A DNA stretch of 64,000 bases. Origin: Anaerolineaceae bacterium. Lineage in GTDB: Bacteria > Chloroflexota > Anaerolineae > Anaerolineales > Anaerolineaceae. Of this stretch, positions 1-8,284 are shown in pieces. The stretch is taken from the NCBI GenBank assembly GCA_049657925.1, contig JBASOE010000112.1, forward strand, positions 347 through 64,346. Direction: 5' to 3'. Within the stretch, counting starts at the first letter, position 1. Every line of letters starts with the position of its first letter. Under the pieces are notes generated by a model, which did not search any database, had not been told where the DNA came from, and saw nothing but the letters and a program-made list of their open reading frames with translations. A program made the translations under genes and the position numbers.

Positions 1-1
1 C

Positions 2-880
2 TACAACCAGCCTACAGACAATAATATTTCCGGTGGTTTCTCTTTGGCTCAATTCAAAGCGGAAATTGACAGCGGGCACCCTGTGTTGCTCAACTTGGCT
101 GGTCACAGCATTGTCGGTTATGGCTATGATGGGACTACGGTTTATATCCGCGACACCTGGGATAACAACCCCGCTACCACACATAGTATGACTTGGGGAG
201 GAAGTTATGATGGCATGGCGCTACTTTCCGTCAGCGTTGTGAAACTAATTGTGATTAATACACCACCCTCCGCGCCGACAGGGGTAGCAGCCAGTGATGG
301 CACATTCACAGATAAGGTCAGTGTAACATGGACAGCTTCGTCTGGAGCGACTTCCTACCAGATCTTTAGAAATAACACTAATAATTCTTCGACCGCAACA
401 TCATTGGCCACTAACCATCCTTCCAGCCCGTATAATGACACATCGGCAGTCGCTGGGACAACCTATTATTACTGGGTTAAAGCCTGTAATGCAGGTGGGT
501 GCTCTGCTTTTTCAGCAGCAGATTCGGGGTATCGGAAAGTCACACCGCCCTCCGTGCCAACAGGGGTAACAGCGAGTGATGGCGCATTTACTGACAGGAT
601 CAGGGTTTCATGGGGGCTGAGCGGCAACTTTGATAACAAAATTTTCCTGCCTTTGATTTCTGGAGGTAGTTTAGGTCCGACGCCTGAGGTACCTTACTTC
701 GAAGTATATCGAAATATTAACAATTCTACAGTTGGCGCAACAAGACTGGCAGATCATCATCTAGCCAGCCCCTTTGATGACACGTCTGCGGTAGCTGGAA
801 CAACTTATAACTACTGGGTAAAAGCATGTAATTCAGGTGGATGCTCTGACTTTTCTACTTCTGATTCCGGGTGGAGGTAG
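2..880 (+). CDS. Secreted papain-like (C39-like) cysteine peptidase C-terminal lobe followed by two Fn3-like modules; 5' end lies outside the window
   Basis: The frame is open from nt 2, and the track's M at 44 is a TTG. GHSIVGYGYDGTTVYIRDTWD resembles the His/Asp lobe of C39-like peptidases. Two ~90-110 aa modules follow, carrying SDGxFTD...YxxxR...DTSAVAGTTYxYWVKACNxGGCS. The ORF ends at TAG 878-880. Confidence 0.55.
   Translation, partial: YNQPTDNNISGGFSLAQFKAEIDSGHPVLLNLAGHSIVGYGYDGTTVYIRDTWDNNPATTHSMTWGGSYDGMALLSVSVVKLIVINTPPSAPTGVAASDGTFTDKVSVTWTASSGATSYQIFRNNTNNSSTATSLATNHPSSPYNDTSAVAGTTYYYWVKACNAGGCSAFSAADSGYRKVTPPSVPTGVTASDGAFTDRIRVSWGLSGNFDNKIFLPLISGGSLGPTPEVPYFEVYRNINNSTVGATRLADHHLASPFDDTSAVAGTTYNYWVKACNSGGCSDFSTSDSGWR
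263..877 (+). repeat. Tandem duplication of an Fn3-like coding module (copy 1 at 263-535, copy 2 at 545-877; copy 2 has an insertion of roughly 20 codons)
   Basis: The similarity is visible at DNA level. Compare ccctccgcgccgacaggggtagcagccagtgatggc with ccctccgtgccaacaggggtaacagcgagtgatggc, and gctgggacaacctattattactgggttaaagcctgtaatgcaggtgggtgctct with gctggaacaacttataactactgggtaaaagcatgtaattcaggtggatgctct. Confidence 0.85.
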
Positions 881-1513
881 GCAAGAATCATAGAGATTGA
901 TAATTTCGATCAGGGTCAGGTAGCCTGGATGGAATATTCAAGCAATGGTAATACTAACCTGGAAAAACCGGCCAGTGGTTATGAAGCCTGGGATGGCACC
1001 TCCATGGCAACCCCGCATGTCTCCGCGGTCGCAGCCCTGGTCTGGAGCGCCAACCTTGCCTGGACGAATACGCAAATCCGCCAGGCGCTCACAGCAACTG
1101 CACAGGACTTGGGAACCACTGGCAGAGATGTTTATTATGGATATGGTCTGGTACAAGCTAAAGCAGCCCTGGATTACCTCGGTGGCTCCACTACTCCAGA
1201 GACAGACAAGTTGGAACTGACTGTTGAGACTGATAAGGGCACCTATATCAACGGTGAAAAAGTGGCCATCACTGTGACTGTCACTGACAAGGATGGCGCT
1301 GCAATTTCCGCCGCTTCAGTGAGCGTTCAGGTAAAAACTACCTCTGCCACCATCTCCACTTTTAAAGGGAGTACTGGTTCTGTTGGAACGGTCACGTTAA
1401 GCTATCGCATCAACACTCGCAAGACTGGTACCGGAAGCTACACTTTGGTCGCTACGGCTACCAAGAGTGGTTACGAAGATGGCACGGCGAGCGTCACTTT
1501 CTTAGTCCAATAG
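881..1513 (+). pseudogene. Subtilisin-family (S8) peptidase remnant: only the Ser-containing last third of the catalytic domain, plus an Ig-like (Big/CARDB-like) domain
   Basis: GTSMATPHVSAVAALVWS is the S8 catalytic-Ser motif, followed by YGYGLV. No Asp (DTG) or His (HGT) region is present. The fragment is in the same frame as the upstream ORF, separated only by TAG 878-880. S8-like sequence (IIEIDNFDQGQVAWMEYSS) begins right after the stop, and ATG 929 has no obvious SD. Confidence 0.55.
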
Positions 1514-1531
1514 AAGAATTTTCTCGAATAT

Positions 1532-1566
1532 TCAGAGGCCGGCAAATCACCGGCCTCTGATTTTTA
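1532..1566 (+). terminator. Rho-independent terminator
   Basis: Perfect 11-bp stem tcagaggccgg/ccggcctctga, 7-nt loop, then TTTTT. Confidence 0.85.
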
Positions 1567-1705
1567 ACAGAATATAGATAGCTTTGACCCGACCGATGAG
1601 CCGAGTATCTTATATTCATTTGAGCAAGATTTCCCAATCTCTGGATGGGCTCAGGTATAATTGAGATGCGAATAAAACCGCTTATCATACTAAAAGGAGA
1701 GTGTA

Positions 1706-2794
1706 ATGAAATACGGTCGAGTTTTCAACTTTTCTGCAGGTCCCAGCATGCTCCCAGAGCCAGTGCTTGAAGAGGTGCGGGATGAAATGATGAACTACAA
1801 GGGCTCAGGCATGTGCGTGATGGAGATGAGCCACCGCAGCAAGGTATTTATTAACATTGCCAATGAGGCAGAGGCTGACCTGAGGGAACTCATGGGCATC
1901 CCCGCCAACTACAAAGTGTTGTTCATTCAGGGCGGGGCAACCTTGGAGTTCTCCATGATCCCGATGAACCTGATGAAGAATGGCGTGGCGGATTATATCG
2001 TCACCGGACACTGGTCCAAGAAAGCCTACGAAGAAGCCAAAAAGTTCGGCGAAATTCACCTGGCCGCCTCCAGCGCAGACAAGAATTATTCTTACATCCC
2101 TGATGTTTCTGACTTACCCATCTCGGAAGAATCCGACTATGTATACATCTGTGAGAATGAGACCATTCACGGCACAACCTACCAGCAATTGCCCGACACC
2201 AAAGGAAAAGTTCTGGTTTCGGATCAGTCATCGATGTTTCTCTCCAAACCCTGCGACGTCAGCAAATACGGTTTGATTTATGGCGGTGTACAGAAGAACA
2301 TCGGCCCAGCCGGTCTGGCGATTGTGATCGTGCGCGAAGATTTGATCCGCAAAGATCTCGATCCCAAGACTCCACTCTATCTGCGCTTTGATACTCACTC
2401 TGAAAACGAGTCGATGTACAACACCCCGAACTGCTGGGCGCTGTATGTCTGTGGTAAGGTCTTTAAGTATTTGAAGAGCATTGGTGGTTTGGAAGCAATG
2501 GCCAAGTTGAATCGTGAAAAAGCTGCGATCCTGTATGATTTCCTCGACCAGTCCAGAATGTTCAAGGGAACAGTTAACCCCAAGGATCGCTCTTTGATGA
2601 ATGTACCGTTTGTGACCGCGAGTACTGAAATGGACGATAAAGTCGTCGCTGCCTCCAAGGTGGCCGGGTTTGATAACCTGAAAGGTCACAAAAGTGTGGG
2701 TGGACTCAGAGCGTCGATTTACAATGCCATGCCCAAGGAAGGCGTGCAGGCGTTAGTCGACTTTCTGAGAGATTTTGAAGCCAAGAACAGCTAA
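1706..2794 (+). CDS. serC: Phosphoserine aminotransferase
   Basis: N-terminus FNFSAGPSMLPEPVLEEV, and a class-V aminotransferase layout over the full 362 aa. SD aaaggagag lies upstream. Confidence 0.92.
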   Translation: MKYGRVFNFSAGPSMLPEPVLEEVRDEMMNYKGSGMCVMEMSHRSKVFINIANEAEADLRELMGIPANYKVLFIQGGATLEFSMIPMNLMKNGVADYIVTGHWSKKAYEEAKKFGEIHLAASSADKNYSYIPDVSDLPISEESDYVYICENETIHGTTYQQLPDTKGKVLVSDQSSMFLSKPCDVSKYGLIYGGVQKNIGPAGLAIVIVREDLIRKDLDPKTPLYLRFDTHSENESMYNTPNCWALYVCGKVFKYLKSIGGLEAMAKLNREKAAILYDFLDQSRMFKGTVNPKDRSLMNVPFVTASTEMDDKVVAASKVAGFDNLKGHKSVGGLRASIYNAMPKEGVQALVDFLRDFEAKNS

Positions 2795-2814
2795 ATGTTT
2801 GAAGTTTGTGTCTC

Positions 2815-2844
2815 AAACCGCCTCGCAAGAGGCGGTTTATTTTT
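2815..2844 (+). terminator. Rho-independent terminator after serC
   Basis: Stem aaaccgcctc/gaggcggttt, loop gcaa, then tttattttt. Confidence 0.8.
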
Positions 2845-2940
2845 GTATTGGGGTTAAAGTGTGTAAACGTATCATGTGTGTTAAACAATGATGTGTAAAA
2901 CAAGCTAAAAAAACTTTTAGAGACGTATAATTTGACCTGG

Positions 2941-3996
2941 TTATAGCAGGTATGTCGAGAACTGAAAAGCCGTGCGACTTTCGTAGGCAGTACCGGCTTT
3001 TAAAATGGGTGATGGAAAATTTGGGTGGTGGATGGCGTCGGGGTAGGTTTGAGTTTCGAAGCACACCCCAGCGTATTGCTCATAAGGATTGACTGACTTG
3101 CCGAGAGAATTACCATTAAGCGAGCCGCCGCAATAAAAATGCAACCCCGGTCTGTCGGTCATCACGGTCATTTTTATGCCTGTCAGGTCAGACCGCAAGG
3201 TGGCAACCGTTCGAAATTTGCCGGCTTGATTCAGCACATAATTATGGTCAAAGCCTTTGGGGATTCTGATCGTCTCAAGTTCGGCATGTACATCTTTCTC
3301 AATCACTTTTTCGTGTCTGAAATCAAGCGGGCTGTCATCAAGCGATTCGATCTCTCCAGTAGGGATTAGTTCAGCATCGACAGGCGTAAACGAATTTGCA
3401 TTAATCCACAGGTATTGGTCCAGAGCGTACCCGTTTTGTTCTCCATTCAGGTTGAAGTAGCTATGGTTGGTAGGATTGAAAATCGTGTCCGCATCGGTCG
3501 TGGCTTGATAAAGGATCTCGAGGGTATTGTTGAACAATGTATATGTAACACTTACCCGCATATTGCCTGGAAAACCACCGTCTCCGTCTGGACTAACAAG
3601 AGAGTAGCTCACGCTGCTGGCACGTTCGCGGGAGAATACTTCAGGCTTCCACAGGCGTTTATCAAAACCGTGCGGGTTAGAGTGTAAATTGTTATTGCCG
3701 TTGTTACGTGCCAGTTGATAAGTGGTGCCGTTGATTTCAAAACTGCCACCTTTAATGCGGTTGGCATTGCGACCCACTGTGACACCCAGATATTCGGGGT
3801 TTTTAACATAGGCTTTGAGATCACGATGTCCCAAAACAACATCAACCAGGTTGCCGTGTCGGTCTGGTACGAGCAAGGAGTATAAACTTGCTCCAAATGA
3901 GAGCAGACTTGCGCTCATCCCAGAAGGCGAGTACAGGTTAACCATCTGGTCTGTAAATGTAAGGGTTTCTTGCTGTTTTAGTTTAACTGCTTTCAT
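2941..3996 (-). CDS. galM: Aldose 1-epimerase (galactose mutarotase family)
   Basis: GRNANRIKGGSFEINGTTYQLARNNGNNNLHSNPHGFDKRLW is typical of the aldose epimerase family. 351 aa. Confidence 0.88.
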   Translation of the reverse strand: MKAVKLKQQETLTFTDQMVNLYSPSGMSASLLSFGASLYSLLVPDRHGNLVDVVLGHRDLKAYVKNPEYLGVTVGRNANRIKGGSFEINGTTYQLARNNGNNNLHSNPHGFDKRLWKPEVFSRERASSVSYSLVSPDGDGGFPGNMRVSVTYTLFNNTLEILYQATTDADTIFNPTNHSYFNLNGEQNGYALDQYLWINANSFTPVDAELIPTGEIESLDDSPLDFRHEKVIEKDVHAELETIRIPKGFDHNYVLNQAGKFRTVATLRSDLTGIKMTVMTDRPGLHFYCGGSLNGNSLGKSVNPYEQYAGVCFETQTYPDAIHHPNFPSPILKAGTAYESRTAFQFSTYLL

Positions 3997-4153
3997 CGTT
4001 GCTTAATTGTATCCTTGATAATGCTCCTAACCGAAATTTTGCATCATCATTCTTACTTTGGTCAAGTGTTAACTTCCACATGACAAATTCCACAACCGTA
4101 GCCTGTTGTGTAGGGATGATATAATTTTGTCAATTCATGCGGAGAGGAAATCC

Positions 4154-4990
4154 ATGACTGAGTTCATCACCATGCCACAAATCGATGCTGCAACCGCAGC
4201 GGTTCAATCAAGGCTGACGATCAAACCGGAAATCGCGCTGATTCTCGGTTCGGGTCTCGGCGATCTGGCGGACGCCGTAGAGAATCCAACCATCATCCCT
4301 ACCAATGAGATCCCGCATTGGCCTGTCTCTACGGTCATGGGGCATAAGGGTCGCTTGGTAGCGGGCAGTTTGCAGGGCAAAAATGTTTTAGTACTCCAAG
4401 GACGGTCTCATTTTTACGAAGGGCACCCAGTTAATCGCATCGGTTTACCGATTCGGGTTATGCAGCGAATGGGCATCCACACGATGATTATCACTAACGC
4501 GGCTGGCGGTATTAATGTCAATTTCAGTGCTGGCGACTTGATGCTCATCACAGATCAGCTCAATTTGTTGCCCATGGCTGGTCAAAATCCACTGGTAGGA
4601 CCCAATCTCGACGAATTTGGCCCTCGATTCCCCGATATGAGCCAGATTTATGATCTTGAATTGCTTGCTTTAGCACGAAGGATTAGCGACCAGGAAGGAT
4701 TGGGTTGCAAGGAAGGCATCTATGCCTGTATTTCAGGGCCCTACTTTGAGACCCCTGCTGATTGCCGCTTCATACGCATGATTGGTGGAGACGCGGTTGG
4801 CATGTCTACTGCTCCCGAAACCATTGTTGCCCGACATGGCAACACACGCGTTTTGGGAATTTCTGGAATCACCAATAAGATTGATGCGAATGGTGTAAAT
4901 ATCGCCAGTCACGAAGAAGTGCTCGAAGCTGGTGGGCTCATCGTGCCCAAGCTTACCAAACTGATCAGAGGAGTACTTGCCAATCTCTAA
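4154..4990 (+). CDS. punA: Purine nucleoside phosphorylase (trimeric PNP/PunA type)
   Basis: ILGSGLGDLAD...GHKGRLVAGSLQGKNVLVLQGRSHFYEGH...GMSTAPE. The start is moved from the track's 4106 to ATG 4154, which follows SD ggagagg. A TATAAT at 4120-4125 lies inside the longer ORF. Confidence 0.88.
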   Translation: MTEFITMPQIDAATAAVQSRLTIKPEIALILGSGLGDLADAVENPTIIPTNEIPHWPVSTVMGHKGRLVAGSLQGKNVLVLQGRSHFYEGHPVNRIGLPIRVMQRMGIHTMIITNAAGGINVNFSAGDLMLITDQLNLLPMAGQNPLVGPNLDEFGPRFPDMSQIYDLELLALARRISDQEGLGCKEGIYACISGPYFETPADCRFIRMIGGDAVGMSTAPETIVARHGNTRVLGISGITNKIDANGVNIASHEEVLEAGGLIVPKLTKLIRGVLANL

Positions 4991-5023
4991 AGTTTGGCAA
5001 AAGCACTCATTCAGGAAGATCCA

Positions 5024-5719
5024 ATGCAGTTGGTGATTTCGTTTTTGGCCGGTCTTGAGGTGCCGATCTACTTGATCATGGTGATCGTAGGTGTTGTTTA
5101 CCTGCGAAAACTGATAATGGGGCTCGAGGAGCGTCGTACAGCCGTGTTTGGCTTGGAGCGCGAAGCCGCACAAAGCAAAGTGACTGCATCAGTTTCTGTT
5201 CTGATCCTGGTCGGACTGCTGACAGTTGGAGAGTTTGTGTTAGTGACAATGTTAGCCCCAAAAATCGCCGAACAAGCCAGCTATGCGACCCCGACGGCTC
5301 TGGTCACTGAGACCCCAACACCGACACTTGACCCGACTTTAATCCCGACAGATGCCACCCAAACGCCAACAGTTTTCCCTCAGGCACAAATTGATGGCAT
5401 CGATAGCGCTTGCGAAGCTGGAGTTTTGGAGATTTCAGATCCAGTTCATGATTCCGATGTCAGTGGCGTAGTGGAAATCATTGGTTCTGTGAACACCCCC
5501 AGCATTGGCTCTTACTTTTATGATTATTCCACGATGGGGGAGCCCAATTGGCAGACGATAGCAGCCGGCAATACCACACGAGTCGATGAAAGTCTCGGTT
5601 TCTGGTATACCAATGATCTGGTGCCTGGACCGTATCTGTTACGTCTGGTGGCATTGGACAATGAAGGCAAACAAACCGCGGCATGCGTGATTGTGTTGCG
5701 CGTGGTCGCTGAAGAATAG
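5024..5719 (+). CDS. Hypothetical membrane-anchored protein with a Thr/Pro-rich linker and a C-terminal beta-rich domain
   Basis: Two hydrophobic helices, then TPTALVTETPTPTLDPTLIPTDATQTPT, then a ~110 aa domain. ATG 5024 follows aggaag. I recognise no family. Confidence 0.45.
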   Translation: MQLVISFLAGLEVPIYLIMVIVGVVYLRKLIMGLEERRTAVFGLEREAAQSKVTASVSVLILVGLLTVGEFVLVTMLAPKIAEQASYATPTALVTETPTPTLDPTLIPTDATQTPTVFPQAQIDGIDSACEAGVLEISDPVHDSDVSGVVEIIGSVNTPSIGSYFYDYSTMGEPNWQTIAAGNTTRVDESLGFWYTNDLVPGPYLLRLVALDNEGKQTAACVIVLRVVAEE

Positions 5720-5726
5720 GAGATGC

Positions 5727-6266
5727 ATGACAAAGCTTCAAATCAGACATGCGAGACAGGATGACCTGGAAAAGATGATCAGTATAGATCACCACTCCGA
5801 TGGCGCTTACGCATACAAGCTTGAGGTCATCAAGGACAAACACAGCCAAACCAACACCATCCAAAGGGTCAAGTTGCCGAGGACGGTGTCTGTGACTTAC
5901 CCTAAGGACCAAGAAACGCTGTTAAATTCCTGGGCAAAATCGGAATCTATCCTGGTGGGTTGTCTGATGGACGAACTTGTGGCATATGTCTCCATGGAAG
6001 GCTCCAGTTTACCTAAAACAGCCAGAATCTGTGACCTGGCAGTAGAGAAAAACCTTCGCCAAAAAGGCATTGCCACGAGCATGCTGGGTGCTTGCGAGGC
6101 ATGGGCAAGAGAGCGGAAACTGGGGCGACTATTAATCGAACTTCAGATGCGCAATGACCCAGCCATCAGCCTGGTAAAAAAGTCAGGTTTTGAACTTTGT
6201 GGTTACCTTGACCGGTTCTTCCCTAACGGAGACACAGCCCTATTCTTTGAAAAACGCCTGGTGTAA
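5727..6266 (+). CDS. GNAT-family N-acetyltransferase
   Basis: Acetyl-CoA motif region CDLAVEKNLRQKGIATSMLGACEAWARE. ATG 5727 follows taggag. Confidence 0.8.
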   Translation: MTKLQIRHARQDDLEKMISIDHHSDGAYAYKLEVIKDKHSQTNTIQRVKLPRTVSVTYPKDQETLLNSWAKSESILVGCLMDELVAYVSMEGSSLPKTARICDLAVEKNLRQKGIATSMLGACEAWARERKLGRLLIELQMRNDPAISLVKKSGFELCGYLDRFFPNGDTALFFEKRLV

Positions 6267-6277
6267 TACGGACCTAT

Positions 6278-8203
6278 ATGTTGCCATTACTCATTAACAT
6301 AAGCAGTGTACTCGAGGCGACCAATCAGATCCTTAATGCGGGGGTGGCTATCACCTCCATTTCTCTGATGTTGTACGCCTTTGGTTTCAATTTCCGAGAT
6401 AAAATGGCGCGGGCGTTTGCGCTGATCCTCCTATGTGTCACTTTCGTATATACCTGTGAAACGATTGCCAACATAACGACAGATCTTGCTGTCAAACAAT
6501 TTTGGTTGCAGTTGAAGTGGGTCGCTTTGGTAATGCTACCAGCGGCCTATCTCTACTTTTCACATGCATTGCTGACGCTCACTGGTCAACCAAGTCGTGG
6601 TCGACGCAGCACGATGGTCGTGCTCGTTTTTATCATCTCATTCGTTCTGGCAGTTCTTATCTTCTTTGGCATCACTGTTGGCGAGTTAGCAGCTAAACCT
6701 GCTCCGATGCCCTACCTCGAACGCACACAAGTGACGCTCTTCTTTGGCATTTACTACATTGTAGTCATGCTTATGTCGAGTTACAACCTGGGGCGGGTCA
6801 TTATTCGCAGTACCACCTCAACCTCTGGCAGGCGTTTGATGTACTTGTTCGCTGGCGCGGCTGCTCCCGCGATCACAGCGATCATTTTTATGTTTCACGG
6901 TAATACCTTCTTCGCCCGCAACCCTGACCTGTTCTGGATTTTCTCTATTGTCGGCGCGACCGTGACGGACTTTTTTATCATCCTCATGGCTTATGTGGTT
7001 TCATTCTTTGGCGTGACCTGGACTGATCGGGCGATCAAGAGCCGACTATTCCGCTGGCTGTTACGAGGACCCTTCGTCGCGGGGGCGGTCCTTGGCCTCA
7101 CAACTATAGTGAGACGTTATGGCGAGTCACTTGGTGACCCCTACAGCCCCTATGTACCCATTGTGATGATTGCGTCCATTCTCTTGCTTGAATACGGCAT
7201 CACTTTAGCTGCTCCTGGTATTGAAAATGTCCTGTTTTTTGGCGACGATCGTGAAGACCTGTCGGTTATCAGGGCACTTGAAAATCGCATGCTCACGCGC
7301 AAAGACCTCAACCAGTTCCTTGAGACTGTTGCTGCTTCGATTTGTGATCGCTTGCAGGCTTCGGGCACGTTCATTGCTGTGCTAAAGAACGGGGTTGTTG
7401 ACTATGTTATCAACGCGGGTATGAAGCAAGCTTTGCACGACTTGCCATTAGATTTGGATTTAACTGACCAGGTGCGTCATTCAGTGCCTGACAAGAATGG
7501 GTTTTTTCGTTGGGGCAACACCTGCATTTTGCCTCTACAGGTCCTGACGGAAAATGGGCAAGTGATCCTATTGGGTTTGTGTGGATTCTCAGTGGATGAA
7601 GCAAAGCAACTGGAGGACGAACAGCTCGAGGCGGTACATACGCTTGCTGACCGGGCATCCACAGCGATGAAGGATCGTTTGTTACAAAAACAAGCAATCG
7701 ACTCGATTGCTGCAATCCAATCTGAAGTGGAATACATACAGCAATTACGGGGACAATCCGGTTACTCGACCAACCAAATCTTTGAACCAACCAAAACAGA
7801 GGTAGATCCGCGGATGATTGACGCGGTGAAGGATGCGCTCACTCATTATTGGGGTGGACCTAAATTCACGAATAATCCGTTGCTCTCTTTGGATGTGGTC
7901 AAGGCGGAAAGTGTTGCTCACGATGGCAATCAAGTAAACGGTTTACGCAGTGTCCTTAAGAATGCGATTGAACGTACCAAACCTGAAGGTGAACGAAAGT
8001 ATACGGGCGACTGGCTGCTGTACAACATTCTTGATATGAAATTCTTGCAGGGTAAGAAGGTGCGTGAAGTAGCCCGCAAACTGTCTGTCTCTGAGGCTGA
8101 TCTGTATCGAAAACAACGCGTGGCACTCGAAAATGTTACTGTGATCATCCAACAGATGGAAGGTGAGCATAACCATTCCTCGGATGATCAAGCACCAACA
8201 TAA
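6278..8203 (+). CDS. Polytopic membrane sensor-like protein: N-terminal multi-TM (7TMR-like) region, GAF-like middle, C-terminal sigma70-region-4/LuxR-like HTH
   Basis: About 8 hydrophobic helices in the first ~330 aa. GAF-like stretch LNQFLETVAASICDRLQASGTFIAVLKNG...ILPLQV...GQVILLGLCGF. C-terminal YNILDMKFLQGKKVREVARKLSVSEADLYRKQRVALENV. Confidence 0.5.
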   Translation: MLPLLINISSVLEATNQILNAGVAITSISLMLYAFGFNFRDKMARAFALILLCVTFVYTCETIANITTDLAVKQFWLQLKWVALVMLPAAYLYFSHALLTLTGQPSRGRRSTMVVLVFIISFVLAVLIFFGITVGELAAKPAPMPYLERTQVTLFFGIYYIVVMLMSSYNLGRVIIRSTTSTSGRRLMYLFAGAAAPAITAIIFMFHGNTFFARNPDLFWIFSIVGATVTDFFIILMAYVVSFFGVTWTDRAIKSRLFRWLLRGPFVAGAVLGLTTIVRRYGESLGDPYSPYVPIVMIASILLLEYGITLAAPGIENVLFFGDDREDLSVIRALENRMLTRKDLNQFLETVAASICDRLQASGTFIAVLKNGVVDYVINAGMKQALHDLPLDLDLTDQVRHSVPDKNGFFRWGNTCILPLQVLTENGQVILLGLCGFSVDEAKQLEDEQLEAVHTLADRASTAMKDRLLQKQAIDSIAAIQSEVEYIQQLRGQSGYSTNQIFEPTKTEVDPRMIDAVKDALTHYWGGPKFTNNPLLSLDVVKAESVAHDGNQVNGLRSVLKNAIERTKPEGERKYTGDWLLYNILDMKFLQGKKVREVARKLSVSEADLYRKQRVALENVTVIIQQMEGEHNHSSDDQAPT

Positions 8204-8284
8204 CCCGGTTTTTAGGAATTGTAAGGCGTTTGGCACGATTGGTGCAATGGTTAAACTAATCATTGTATTTAATGGAGCACGCTT

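Noticed and set aside
263-877. The Fn3-like DNA repeats as template and variable repeats of a diversity-generating retroelement
   Set aside because: The mismatches between copies are not adenine-specific. One copy has an insertion of roughly 20 codons. No reverse transcriptase or accessory gene is nearby.
878-880. In-frame TAG as a pyrrolysine codon
   Set aside because: No pyl genes or PYLIS-like context are visible. The downstream protease fragment lacks two of its three catalytic residues, so a pseudogene or junction scar is more parsimonious. Readthrough remains an untested alternative in the findings.
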